NCBI RefSeq assembly: GCF_902459465.1
Contig: NC_047071.1
Coordinates: 992,001 to 1,056,000, forward strand
DNA: 64,000 nt
Direction: 5' to 3'
From: Asterias rubens
Taxonomy: Eukaryota
The translations under genes were made by a program, and so were the position numbers. Under the pieces are notes generated by a model. It saw only the letters and a program-made list of their open reading frames with translations, ran no database searches and was not told the origin of the DNA. Below are positions 48,511-61,232 of the stretch, piece by piece. Numbering within the stretch: the stretch's first letter is position 1; every line of letters begins with the position of its first letter.

Positions 48511-49864
48511 CGTACCGCAGCAACATAACTGATGTAAACTGTTTGTCATTGGGAGTTAAAAACAAGACAAACTGACAGCAAACTTGGTTTGCCACACTTT
48601 CAACACCACCATTATTATTTAAATTCCTACATCAGGATTATAAGTGGGGAAGACCTTTGTCCTTCGTTGCTGAAATGTCAAAAGGTCGTTCCAGTAAAAA
48701 ACATGTTGCTTGAATAGACTCCCCTTAACAACACTATTCAGACCATAATGGCGAAAATGAACGCTTTACTGGGTTGCTGTGAGCTTTATTGCAACGTATC
48801 TCACGATGCAGTATACATGTATACTTTTTTCAATGGAGGACATTTTGGAAAGACACAATAACGTTGTGGGATGTTATTACAAATTGATAATATTAAATTC
48901 TGGGTTAAGAAGGGAAGTTTACTAAATATTGAAAATGATTGTCTAATAACATGCCCTTTCGGTCTTAGTGGTCAGTAGTTCCTTGTGACACATTTTGTCT
49001 TGTCTATTTTATGAACAACAGTTTGAAAACAACAGATGTAGCAGTTATTTATATATCAATTAACAATCGCAGTTTCAGTGATGAACAACAAGTGTTTGAG
49101 TTTGTCGAATACAAGATCTGCAAAGAGTTACTCAAATTTTGTCTGTTGTTCATGTCTGTGTACAAAAAAAAATGTACATTATAATTGTGGCTATATGCAC
49201 ATATATTTCATAGTGTTATGAAAGAAAGGGTACCAATCTTAGAAATGCGTCAATGTATACCTGACGCAGTAATTAATGGCAAAAAAATATTATCAAATGA
49301 CAGGAGCCTTTTGAATGATGCCTACAGCAACCTTTTCTAGATAGACAGTCGATCCAGGCGACGACTATTGCATGTCGATACACAAAACTTGCGCAGCGAT
49401 AACACTGGCAGTCATTTTTTTAAACACATGAAGTTGTCGTACAGTGGAGCTCGTCATCAATGAAGTCGCAATGAATATTACTTGTATTTATTAGGGGTTC
49501 ATAATACATTATTATCTTGATGTTGTTACCCTCTTGATATGGACGATCTTTTTCTTATGCACGCCTATAATTTCACAGATATACTCTGATTTAGTATCTT
49601 CAACATGAACTTTCTAATGATAAATTATATATTGTTCAATGATTTATTGTAGAAAAAACATGTTTTTAGAAACTGCTTTTAGATTAAGCGCATCATAGTC
49701 GAAAATACATTTTTCCCCCAAAAATTCTGTTTAAGAATTTAACAAAATATTTAGGAAAATTTCAAGGCAGTTGCAATGCGGTATAACGCGCAACAGCTGA
49801 TTTCGGTTGTAACAACCAAAATCAAGGACTGTGTGGTAACATCCTGAAAATTGTGCAAGATTTA

Positions 49865-50169
49865 ACTATTGATAATTACTCAAAACAATTGTAAGAAACG
49901 GCTTCCTCTGAAGTAAATTCGGTTTTTGAGAAAGAGGTTATTTCTGACTCCAATAAAGAAGACTTCAGCCAAAGTCTTGTATAATGCATCTGAAAGCGTA
50001 GATGCACAAAGTTTTTTTTTCTTTTTTTTTCTCTCTCTCGTTATATATTCTTGCAACTTCAATGACCAATGGAGCCCAAATGTTCACAGTTTTGTTGTTT
50101 TATGCATGTATTGTGATATACGTAATGAGAATACTGGTCTATGACAATTACCAAAGGTGTCCAGTGTCT
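49865..50169 (+). mobile_element. MITE family A, left end eroded
   Basis: ctattgataattactc..gaaacggcttcctctgaagtaa..gacaattaccaaaggtgtccagtgtct|ttaa. Confidence 0.75.
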
Positions 50170-51059
50170 TTAACAGTTCACGGTTGTAGGTCAGATAAGT
50201 AGCTTCAGGCCTATCTTCCTCCAAGAGAGAACCATGAACGTTTCCTGTATAAGTCTACCCGCTGCTTTACGTTATTAACGGACACAAGATTGACATAATA
50301 TATCTTTCTAAATTATTTTTCAACATTATTTTTAATTTGTTTATTCGAAGTATGTTTCTTTCCCCCTATAAAGTAATACGATGTACCCGTACAAATAGTT
50401 CGGTCTACAGGTTTCTCGTGTCGCTTTTTAAAATGATGCGGGTTTTAATAATAATAATAATAATATTTTAAAAATCGAAAAAAAAAATAGAAGATTATAA
50501 TGTGTATCAATGATACAAGTGCCGTCAAACATAAAGGCTATTTAACCTACAAACTGTTTTTTAAACTCTTGACGTGAAGAAGAGAGCAATATCTTAAAAC
50601 TTGTTCAGCGATTATTTTAGTAAAGTTAGTGGTTAATGTTACAGACACTACAGCATTTACAAATTAGCATGTCCAATATAATGCAACTTTTGCCAGCCAC
50701 AAAATGCACTGGACTACCTAATATACCTTGTATATCGTTAACTAGGTGACTTGGTCTATCAACCTCAATTCATTATTTAACCTAGCAATTTCTACTCGGG
50801 AAATAAAACTTCCCGTGCAGGCATGAATGTTTATAATGACATAAGGAAATTGAACGATGTTTAATTTGAAAACTTATTGTCGTTAGCACCTCGATACCGG
50901 TTCCAAATGTCATTAGAAATATTGGACATGAAGTGTGCAAATAAGTGCCCCCCCCCCCCCCCCAAATCTATCCTTTCCTGAGCATTGCTCGAATTATCAG
51001 CTAACCAAATTGTCTTTGCACAATATAGAGTTATAAGGGTTTGGGTTAATTGCGTTCGA

Positions 51060-51362
51060 CCACACACAACACAATGTTCATAGATTTATAATATGGTTTG
51101 AGGATATTGATAGTAGAAATCTTATCTCAAAATATTTCTCGCTGAGGTGCTGTAGTTCTTGAGAAATTGGTAAAACAACGTCACGAAAATAATTTTTCAA
51201 ATATCGCTCTGTGATTTACAGGGTTTTTTTCTCCTCAAAAACTTGAGTACAAATAAAGCTTAAACTTCCGCAGGTAAATTATATTACATACATCTTCATT
51301 CACAGTGAGTATGGTGTCATGTCATGGCTGAAAACTTGATCTACTAAAGGTACATGAACCAT
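51060..51362. mobile_element. MITE family K, second copy
   Basis: Colinear with 31210-31539 (aaaacttgatctac..aaag); ends ccat|ttaa. Confidence 0.7.
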
Positions 51363-51435
51363 TTAAAGGTGGCTTGGCTGCAGTTGTTGTTTCTATCGTT
51401 ACAAAGGAGCACTCCTTTTGACTAAAACACGAGTT

Positions 51436-51483
51436 ATAGAAAGGTTTGCGGTAACACCATAATCTCTAAATAAGTCGGGGTGG
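51436..51483 (-). repeat. Short piece of the same Penelope-like repeat, without the ribozyme part
   Basis: atagaaaggtttgcggtaacaccat..tctaaataagtcggggtgg matches 15620-15675. Confidence 0.7.
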
Positions 51484-51817
51484 TATTTATTTTGCATGGT
51501 ACCTCCATGGTGACAGTAAGAGTTGAAACTGCTTGTGTCGATCCTTAGAGAGGGGATGGGCCTGGTTGGGATAAACAAATCCAGCTTCTCACCCGCAGCA
51601 CAATTGCCCCTGTGATGGCTATGTGATCTTTTTTTCCCATCGCCCACCCTATTTGATAGAATCCCATCCAGTGAGGTATTGTAATACAGCTGTTGAGAAC
51701 CAAAGTGATTCTCCGAATTCAACTCAATGGCTTTGTGTATCTTTGTTCTGGATACATCTCATCTTGGTATTGTTCACCCACTGCTTGAATGTACACCTGT
51801 ACATGTAATATACCTCT

Positions 51818-52345
51818 GTCATATTCCTTGATCTTAGCCTTTTCCTATCTGGGCCAGTTTGATCTTCAACATGTTATCCCCCCATCTTGTCTCTGGTCTA
51901 CCTTTGGATCTTTCCCCATTACTCTAAATTGCCATTCTTAGGCTCTTATTGCAGACATATGACTACATGCTGAGATACATCGATTCTAGTTTTCTATTCT
52001 CATGAACACTTGTGCAGACGCCCCCTCCCATACATGCTGACAATAAAGACCATACACATTATCTTATTCTAGGCAGCAGCATTAACTATAACGAAGGATT
52101 ATATAGGTACTTCAGACCATGGAGGAAGAAAATTCAGACCAGTTTTTATAAGAGGGATTCTTCAACGAGGAAGGTCCCCGTTTTATCCCCATCTCTTTGT
52201 GCAGACAACTTGTGACGTCTCAGAAACCAGTGTGCACAATGAACAATGAAGGTTCATTCATCTTTATGCATAACTTGCCCATCTTCAGTCACACTGTAAT
52301 CCCCAAATTCAAGACGATTGCAACAAGCTCACAGCAGGGGCATTT
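51818..52345 (+). pseudogene. Highly decayed non-LTR reverse transcriptase fragment (CR1/L2 type)
   Basis: Ordered motif remnants VIFLDLS.F (51818), RGILQ..G..VLSP.L (52151), HLYA* (52259-52273) and IQDDCNKL (52307); spacing of the last three is typical. Confidence 0.6.
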
Positions 52346-52375
52346 TGTGTTTTGTATGACTCTCTATTAGATATT

Positions 52376-52516
52376 CAGGCCTGTATGCTTCATTTTTGAA
52401 AAGGCAAGTGTGCCAAATTGTAAATTTCTACTGGAGCTTTTCAAGGGCCCCAAGGCAGTGACCAGAAGGGGCATGAAGGCAATCGCATTCGTTGCCTCCG
52501 TAATGTATCAGGCCTG
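52376..52516 (-). mobile_element. Mini-MITE family I with CAGGCCTG at both ends
   Basis: caggcctgtatgcttc ... cgttgcctccgtaatgtatcaggcctg; no 8-bp TSD retained. Confidence 0.75.
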
Positions 52517-53017
52517 GACCATCTTAACTCGGTGCTCGCATAAGTGTGTTTGTTCCCTGTGTAATCCCATTCATGCTTTGCCAGAACATGGAGGAATAAC
52601 ACGGTCAGAAACATAGACGATTGTGTAAAGATGTGTAGCGACTTGATCTGTCGTTGGGGAAGGACCATGTGAGGCTCGATTGCCAAGTGCAGACATACAT
52701 CACATCATTCAAGTTTTATATTTATGGGAAAACTGATACAGACACCCCCCCCCCCACCCTCCCTCTCCCGCCCATGATACAATCACGATGTGACAAACCA
52801 AACGAATTATCCTGAGTTGTTGATGTCTGCTTATCTTGGCCTTTTTCTACCTCCATGGTTCGGTTATGATTTGGTATGAATATAGTCCACGAACAAGTCG
52901 TCTGCTCTTGTACATGGAGGGGGCTAGGGGTGGTGGGGGGGGGGGGGGCGGGGCGAGGAGGTATTCGTTCTCTATTCAGACCCTTTCCACATCGTGCCCA
53001 CGCTATATGTTGACTAT

Positions 53018-53181
53018 CAGGCTTCGTTTTTGAAAGGGCAAGGACACCCAAGTCTTTTTCCTTGGTAAAGGGTACCCTATGAGAAAAGTGTAAATTTCAA
53101 CTGGAACATTTGAAGGGCACCAAGGCAATGACCAATGGGCATGGAGGCAATCGCCTTCGTTGCCTATGTGAAGTTTTAGGC
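53018..53181 (-). mobile_element. Mini-MITE family I
   Basis: gcttcgtttttgaaagggcaagg..aagggcaccaaggcaatgacca..gcaatcgccttcgttgcct. Confidence 0.8.
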
Positions 53182-55196
53182 ATGTGTTGTTCCCGTGTAG
53201 TGTGCGAACGACAAGGGTCCAGGCTGTGACGTCAAACTCTTACTGATGCCTAACTCATCAAGAAATTCATTAGTATGATTACTTTATGAAATGCTCTTGC
53301 GGTTTGTGGTCGTTTCCCTGCAAGAATTCAAGGTGTGAGTGCTATAGCCAGTATGGTTTAATTGACATCTAATTATACGGGTTTTAGTTAATGTAATTAT
53401 AATGTAGTCGCTGTTCAATGCAAGTTGTAACTTGTTGACGTCATGCGCGTATGGTTGACTTATTTGCAATATATATAAGGTACCCATGGCACACACTATC
53501 CGTCTGAATTTCTGGGCAGGCTCTGTAAGATTATGGTCACTTACAAACTGTATGCCCAGAAATGCTAGCTTGAAGACCAGAGCCCTTAATCGGGATCCCC
53601 TAGAGAGATATTTACTGAGTACCAATATGTGGTTATTATAGGTACCCGACATATGATAAAGATATCAAGTTACAACATTATACGAGTCCAATGACTGCAT
53701 TAAGGACCATTTCACGAAGTTATCAGACTTTTTCATGAAAACCAATGGATAAACTGAACATTAGTGGACTAATATCGAAGTGATGACCAATACCCATTCT
53801 AAGCATTGGTTTGGCTCGCAGTACTGAAATTGTTTTATTATTCCATACCGGGTAACTTTAATCAGCACTTCGTTATAGACTTGGTACAAGTTAGGGTTGA
53901 TATTCCTAACACTTTGTTATTATATGCGCTAAGTTTGTTTGAAAGAAATGCATTTCGCTTATTTTTTTTAGACTAAACAGAAGACTGTATAAACTTGAAC
54001 ATGTATGATACTATTCATAATTCCTGACGCAACCGTGTGGCATAGTAAACATTAAGCCTCCTGGGTTATCGCCTGTCATTAATATTCATGCAAACATAAA
54101 AATAAATTCATATTTTTTCATAAACAGCACGTCCCTCTGGGGAGTGTTAGATGAACGTGCAGTGTGCATTGTGCGCTGAGAATCTAGTATTTGGACAGAA
54201 TTCTGGGTTGAACAAAAATATGACTTTTAAATTTGAACCCTTTGGGGTCCTTGCTTCGCTAGTCGCGGGCTAATCAATGTGCCTTCATCTGGATGCTGTG
54301 GGACTTTGACTTGCAAATGGCCCTGGGTAGAAAGCCTGGTTCGAGCTCGAAGGGCTGGGATGCAAAGTTGGGGCTCGCAGGCTTTGTAGTCAATATAAGC
54401 ATAGAGTAATAAGCAGTTCATTTAGAGGGGAGAGACAAAATGGTGTGTGGGTGGGGGGGGGGGGGGGGTATGATGAATATGCTGCCAGGGGGGCCTACTA
54501 TCTAGGTCTCTGATGTGCAGCGGATTGGAAAGCGACATTGGCTCAAAATGAGTGTGGGTTAGGGGAGATATATGCATGGTTCAGGTGAGGTGATCTGAAA
54601 GGCCTTGGCATTGGGAAAGGCCGCATTGTCCGCTCAACTTCTCGCGAAGATGAAAAATAGATCAAGGAATTAAGGTATTTAATATAAAAACTGGAGAGCT
54701 GTCCTGTTGATCGGGTTCTTTTTTTTCTTCTTCTCTGTCTTCTGTTTTGTTTTCTTCTTGGGAAATAATGATGAACCTTTCGCACCGTTCATCACGCATT
54801 CATGGGAGAGGATAATTATCTTTTGCATTCCTGATGTTGTTAATCATCGGGCAATCACTCGTGTCACCTCCGAACTTTCTGATCTGGGCGACCGAGGGGC
54901 CAGGCCGTGTTGCACGCACTTTGTGTCCCGTCACACTGCTGCTTGCTGTTCTGACATTCAGTGGAAATGTCAGGCCGGCTGACTGCTGTTAAATGCAGCC
55001 TATTATACCTATCTCACATATCATGCTTCCTTGACGGGAAGGAAATAACTGGGTTATTAAACTAAAGGTGCAGTGCAATCTGCATTTGCAGACGTATTAA
55101 TCTAGCAATGTTTCCGTTTCAATTTCCAGTTTTCAAAACTGTTTAAATCTTTGAAATTGAAACATCTTATTAAAATAGACAATGTTTTATTCTCAA

Positions 55197-55370
55197 AGGC
55201 ACGATAAACTTTTGGTAATTGTTACAGACCACTATCCTCACTTGTTGTATCCCAAAACTAAAAGTACAAGCCTGTGAAAACTTGGGCTCATTTGGTCATC
55301 GAATATGCAAGAAAATAATGTGAGAAAAATACACCGATTGCATGGATTGTGTGCTTTTAGGTGCCTGAGA
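55197..55370 (-). mobile_element. MITE family A fragment
   Basis: aggcacgataaacttttggtaattgt..ctcacttgttgtatccc..cctgtgaaaacttgggctca. Confidence 0.6.
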
Positions 55371-55699
55371 AAGGGTTCATGAAATTGGCCCTGGTGAAAT
55401 AACCCAAATAAGGAAATGCGTCTTCAGCTCATGGAAGTGCAATGACTGAGATGTTGTCTGTTGATTACCGGCTTCCTAACGGGATAAAGAACGTTCCTTT
55501 TGACGCATCTTGAATTCTGCATAATTCAATGCTGCTCATCATCTTGAGGGACCCTTGCTCTATGGTTGAAAGATGTGTGATATACAGTATTATGCATTCA
55601 GGATTTGAGGATGTCTTTCTGTTTTCTCTTCGTAACATTTGCCTGTCCCTCTTTGTTGCTTTATTGTTGTTTGAAGAGATGCAATTTCCAAATTACGTC

Positions 55700-56047
55700 G
55701 TGTCGTGGCCAATGTGTGTGAGAGCACCGGACTCAAATGTGTGTCTGTTTAGCATAGTAACATGGGTTCTAGCTCTTGTCGTGGCACTTATGTCCTTAAG
55801 CAAGACACTTGCTGTGTCCTTCGGATGGGACGTAAAGCCGTTGGCTCAGTGTGTTGTGTAATACACGTCCAATAATCCAGTGCACAGGGAAGGGGTTCAC
55901 TAAGGTGTTCCTGGTTTGATTGGCTGCATTTTGCGCCATCTTTGATTCCTTGTAAAGGAATTTTTATTATACAAAACCGTAGCTCCACAAAACCATAGCA
56001 TGATAATGCTGAATGATGAACCGCCTTGAGCGCTATGTGAGCGATAT
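55700..56047 (+). mobile_element. tRNA-derived SINE, near full length, with LINE-like tail cut by MITE B
   Basis: gtcgtggcc head, gtccttaagcaagacactt core, ccgccttgagcgc tail directly before the TTAA of MITE B. Confidence 0.75.
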
Positions 56048-56051
56048 TTAA

Positions 56052-56545
56052 AGGAACACGTGGCCTTGGATAGGACGAGTTGGTCAATAAAAAGCGTTTG
56101 TAACCATTTTTGTAATAAAATGCATATGGTTGGAGCTGAGAAACATTAAAAAGGGATGTTATTGGCCGTATGAACAGGGCACTAATGTAAAGCGCATTGA
56201 TGCGATTATTGTGAAATGCGCTATATAAGAATTGGTTATTATTATTATTATTAAAAGTAGAATACAATGATCCACACAAGTTTGCCTCGAAATTGCGTGG
56301 TTTTCATTTTACTGTGCGAACTAACACGGTCGGCCATTTATGGAAGTCAAAAATTTGACTCCCATAAATGGCCGACCGTGTTAGTCGACGAGGTAAAAGG
56401 AAAACCGTGCAATTTCGAGGCATGTTTATGTGGATCATTGTATTCTACTTTTACAACATCTTTCTACCCATATGCATTTTATGAAAAAAACGGTTTAAAA
56501 CGCTTTCCAAAGACCAACTCGACCGATCCAAGGCAACGTGTTCCT
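56052..56545. mobile_element. MITE family B carrying an inserted LINE 3' tail
   Basis: TTAA flanks and TIRs; about 140 bp longer than the 14256 copy because of internal insertion(s). Confidence 0.9.
56161..56252 (+). mobile_element. L2-type 3' tail inserted into MITE B
   Basis: gtaaagcgcattga..aatgcgctatataagaattggtt(att)5; absent from the 14256 and 29379 copies. Confidence 0.75.
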
Positions 56546-57711
56546 TTAAGAAGCAACTGCACTTACTTTTTGTATCTGACCATGCACAGTATAGCTCTTG
56601 AGATCATGTTCTTTGTGGTTCTAACTAACCTATTGTAAAGCGCAGCAGTCGATTAGTGAATACACCGCTACAGAAAGTGGAGGTTGCTGGTTCGAGTCCC
56701 ATCAGAGATTATCATTGTTTTAGAGACAGTGGCCGTCTAGCTCTGTATGCTGATAAAAAGACACGTCACGGAGTCAGTGGAAAATTGAAATATTATTATT
56801 TTAAATTTCATGTGAAATATTATTTCACATGAAATTGTTGTTAGTCGCTATTGCTTGTATCCTCCGTAGTGTTAAAGTCCTGCTTAAAAAAAATGTATAA
56901 CAAAAATGGGTTTTTACTATACTGGTTTATTGTGGGACGGGTTCAAGCAGCTGTATACGACAGTGAAAATTTAAAATAACAATAAACAACAGTTTTTTAC
57001 CAACAGTATATACAATACGCAAACAGTTGCAATATTGAAACATATATCTTTAATGAGCTTATTCCAATACTAATGTAAAGCAATTTGATGTAATGGCATG
57101 TTTGACCTTGTACCCGCATTAACTCTCGTTTTTTTTTGTAATCTCGTCAAAGAGTGCGAACAATAGACAAAATGAATGAGGACTGACCAGCCAGTGCGTA
57201 AATAAAGGCAGCCTGTGTGTATTAATGAATACAGTAATATATAGCTTTGCATGCTTTGCAATAACATCTTATGAATTGCCTGTCAATTTATCGACCGGTC
57301 CGTATTTTGGATTAAAGGCCAGATGGTTGGTTTATAATATACACGGTGTCTTTATTGGACCGGCCTTGAATGCATGTCCATGGCGTTTGTTATTAATTAA
57401 ATTGATGGCCCCATCATTTTGATGATAATAAGTTTCTTTTAACTGACTCATGGAGGTATATATTTTTCGACTCATCTTTTATCTTTTATAATGTTGTGTG
57501 TCACCCGGGGGAGGAAGTCTTTCTTTTTATTGACCATTGTTCCTCTGAAATGAGATGATTTGGTATGAATCTTTTAGATGTTGTCAATGATTCGATGTGC
57601 CATATTCAATATACACGATCGTGCGTATTTTAGGATTAGTAGATTTTAACGTACCAACTATACACAATATTACCAACTTCCATAAAACTCATTAATTTTT
57701 AAAAATTGCGC

Positions 57712-57940
57712 TTCAATTCAAATCAGTTCAGTTCAACTCAACATTTATTCCCATATTGGTGAAAACAAAGAAGAGAAAAATAAACACACTTTTTAGGTCA
57801 ACGACAATCAAGAACTGGTTGAGAAAAATAATTAATGAAAAAAAAAAAAAGGAAACAAAATAAAATAATAATACTAATACTGACATGAAAATTATCGCAG
57901 GCAGTTGATTCAAATCCTTATACATATATTCATTTAGTTT
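57712..57940 (-). mobile_element. Possible CR1-like 3' end
   Basis: Minus strand KD(L/W)NQLP remnant, then aataaa and degenerate (ttgaa)n tail. Confidence 0.35.
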
Positions 57941-58198
57941 TACAAATAGTCCAAAGCCTTTACATTATTTAATGAGGTTCAACACAGACGTCTCGATTCC
58001 CCCATCCAGCTAGTGTATTTTAAACTGAATGCTGAAGCAATGTAACAATATTGGGTCATTGTGTGTAAACGAGTACATGATTGTTCCCCTGAGAGCCAAT
58101 TCCTTTAGAACATGTATAAGTGTCCAGATGAATGAACAAACACAGTTTAATGTCTTCACATCCCTATAAAATATTCTTTCCTTTGTCTCCGTAGTTAG

Positions 58199-58558
58199 AG
58201 GCACCGGACACTTTTGGTAATTACTCAACATAATTTTTAGCATAAAAACCTTATACTTGGTAAACGAGTAATTGAGAGTTGTTGATAGTATAAAACATTG
58301 TGAGAAACGGCTCCCTCTGAAGTAACGTAGTTTTCAAAAAGAAAGTTATTTTCAACGAATTCGATTTCGAGATTGATTTTCAAGCATTTGAAAGCACACA
58401 ACTTCGTGTGACAAGGGTGTTTTTTCATTCATTATTATCTCGCAACTTCGACGACCAATTGAGGTGAAATTTTCATAGGTTTGTGCATTTAGGGCCTACA
58501 TATTGAGACACACCAAGTGAGAAGACTGGTCTTTGACAATTGCCAAGTGTCTAGGTCT
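58199..58558 (+). mobile_element. MITE family A, near full length
   Basis: aggcaccggacacttttggtaattactc ... gactggtctttgacaattgccaagtgtc..ct|ttaa. Confidence 0.85.
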
Positions 58559-58875
58559 TTAAGAACCTCCCTCCAACTTGGACACAGAATTCTTTGTTGA
58601 GCACCCCAACCTTTATATGAAGATACCTTAAGTGTTCCCTTTTATATTTTGTTATCTGTCTCCACAAGGTAGTGAACATGAAATCCATAAAACTGTGTCT
58701 AGCTTCGTGAGAATCCGACGGTGAACCACATTTCTCTTACTTTGTTGACACGCTCTGCACATTTGAAAACCTTGCAACCTCCAACCTGTCAAGGTGGCCT
58801 CCAACATGTACGTGTTTTGCTTACCGCCTTCGTCTGCTCTGCCGAATCCCGTAGTTGTCACAACAAATACATTAA

Positions 58876-59233
58876 AGGCACTGGACACTTTTGGTAATTG
58901 TCATAAAACCAGTTTTCCCACTCGGTGTATCCCAACGTATGCATAAAAACCTTTGAACATTTGGGCTCAATTGGTCGTTGAATTTGCAAGAGTATAATGA
59001 AATAAAAAACCTCCTTCTTGCTTTACTTTGTGCGCTTTCAGATGCATACAAAAGGCTTCAGCTGATGCATTTTGTTATTTGAGTGAGAAATTATCTTTAT
59101 GAAAAACAACATAACTTCAGAGGGGCCGTTTATCACAATGTGTTATGCTATCAACAGCTCGATATTGCTCGTTATCAAGTAACTTTTTATGCTAACAATT
59201 ATTTTAAATTATTACAACTATTGTCCAATGCCT
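58876..59233 (-). mobile_element. MITE family A, full length older subfamily
   Basis: TTAA|aggcactggacacttttggtaattgtc ... gtccaatgcct|TTAA. Confidence 0.85.
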
Positions 59234-61083
59234 TTAACTTTTCCCTTGTAAAGGTGTAGGGTACAGCAATTAACAGGCATCGGTGTCTAAACACAGTCGA
59301 GGCCGTCGCAGTTGCCGTAAACAGGATTCTGCTCCAGCCCACATGTTTTCCTGTGAGATCTGTTGCTCTTTTATGTTAGGTGCTTCTGCGTTTTCCCTCC
59401 CTTCCCCAGTCTAGGAATACACCTTGCAGGACAGGAAACTTTAGGCGGATATCAAACCACATGTGCATATCGATAAAGCAGATCCTTCGTTAGAATTATC
59501 CTGATAAGAATAACGGTCATATCCGTCATCGGAATATATTGGTACAGGAAACAATTGTCATAGTTGAACGAACTTTTTAAGGACGCATTTTTCAGTAGTA
59601 TAAAATTGCCATTCTCAAAAACAAATTCCTGATTTTTTTTTTTTACGGATTCCCCTTTTTGAATCGGTTTAGATAAAAAACTAAATTCTCTCATGAAAAG
59701 TACCACGGCAGTGGCAATTTTTATGTAGAGAAAACAAAATTGCTTTCAGGACAGAGTATTCGGCGTCATAATCTGTCATTTATGCAAAATGTCTCTCTCA
59801 TAAGAACATTATGTAATAATGGACGACTTTTGAACGCTAGGTGGCGGCAGACTAACCAAGTAAATTTCTACCGTTTGCGTCAGTCTGAGCATGCTCACTT
59901 CCCCGAGAACGACAGCGGCAGTGCTAAAAATTAATGACCATACAAACTGACTTGACCCTGTGGAGTATACTCAGCGCATACTCAACAGGGTCAAGTCATT
60001 TTTTGTTAAGGTCATTAATTTTTATAGAGTATTTACCAAGACCCTGCCTTTAAAGGAAACTTAAATATATTCTCGCCGCAGGAAAAGCATGTTACTCTAG
60101 TGGGAGATTGTTTGCACGTCACCTATCCCGAACACCTTTGCAGGTGGTTGCAAATAAGGCTCTCATCGCATTTCATTACCCTCGGAATTTTTTTCAAGCT
60201 TCCCCATAACCAATGAGATGGAAAATTGCAACTTAGTCTTGTCTTGGATCGTTGCATATAAATACAAAACATTTTGATAATCTTCGCTTGCAATCAAATA
60301 TAGTTTATTTAGGGGAAAATGTTGTGTTTTAGATTTTGCTCTTTGAATGTTCACGGCACATTTAATTTGGAGAAGAATATCAGCTTTTACTGTAGAGACA
60401 TAAGTGGGCTATATTTCGCCACGAGCGTCTGTAGTTGAGTTTTTATAGCGTCATCCATGAGTCATAAATGAAATGGTATGTAAACACTTTTGTCGCAAAT
60501 TATGTTTGTATAAACTGTCTTTGGTGGCGTATAGCCGCTCACTTCAAACGATGATACATGTATAGGTTTCCTATAAAATTAAAGTCATACTATATCGAAG
60601 CATGTATCGTCTGGTTGACAGTCAAAACAGAGTCCCATCTTGCTTCGGGACTATTTTCATATACGGCAGCTCTTCTGCACCCCTTCCTTCTAAAAATAGG
60701 TCTGCATTGCAGCTCAACCAGAGTGCAGCTTTTCCATAAGCAATATTACGCGTCCCAATCCTTGTGGTCATTTTTTAAGCTGTATGATTTTTAACCGCTG
60801 AATAAATATACCCCCCTTTTGAGAATTATTAAGAAGAAGTAGAAGGCGGCCGGTCGGCGGAGTGCGTATATACGTCGGTTGATACCGGGGTGCTCGTTTA
60901 CCCTGCGGGCAGTTGTCGATTGCTCAGTGAGGAAACTATGAGCCAGACTTGAAACACCAGGAAGACGGGGTCTAACAGACTGACATGGCCTGGCTGTGTA
61001 CAACTGTTGCCAATTGTCGTCTGGAATTTAACGGTTCCCAACGCTGTAGAAAAAAGAAAAGAAAAAAAAAACTTTCCATTTGC

Positions 61084-61232
61084 GGGCCCAATATACTTCA
61101 CAGAGGCAACTAAGGCGATTGCCTCATCGCCCCTTGTCATTGCCTTGGTGCCTTAGTATAAAACATCACCAAAGGGTGCCCTTTACCAAAGAGAAAATGC
61201 CTTGACGCCCTTTCAAAAACAAAGCCTACATG
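61084..61232 (+). mobile_element. Mini-MITE family I
   Basis: cttcacagaggcaactaaggcgattgcctc..tcattgccttggtgcc..ccctttcaaaaacaaagc. Confidence 0.8.

Noticed and set aside
48300-48549. Poly-Leu/poly-Val 'membrane' ORFs; also the poly-Tyr ORF at 39569-39766 and the ORF at 34953-35207
   Set aside because: Translations of trinucleotide microsatellites.
54227-54421. L2 ORF2 C-terminal remnant on the minus strand
   Set aside because: Only vague similarity (LR..TRLS..L.V); the diagnostic WN.LP motif is missing.
55788-56638. 163-aa and 123-aa ORFs (and the similar ORFs at 14289-14644)
   Set aside because: They lie entirely within SINE/MITE B sequence and are not transposase-like.
59834-59847. Additional CTCF motifs (here and 39363-39374)
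   Set aside because: Two or more core mismatches; the 59834 site is inside a probable repeat.
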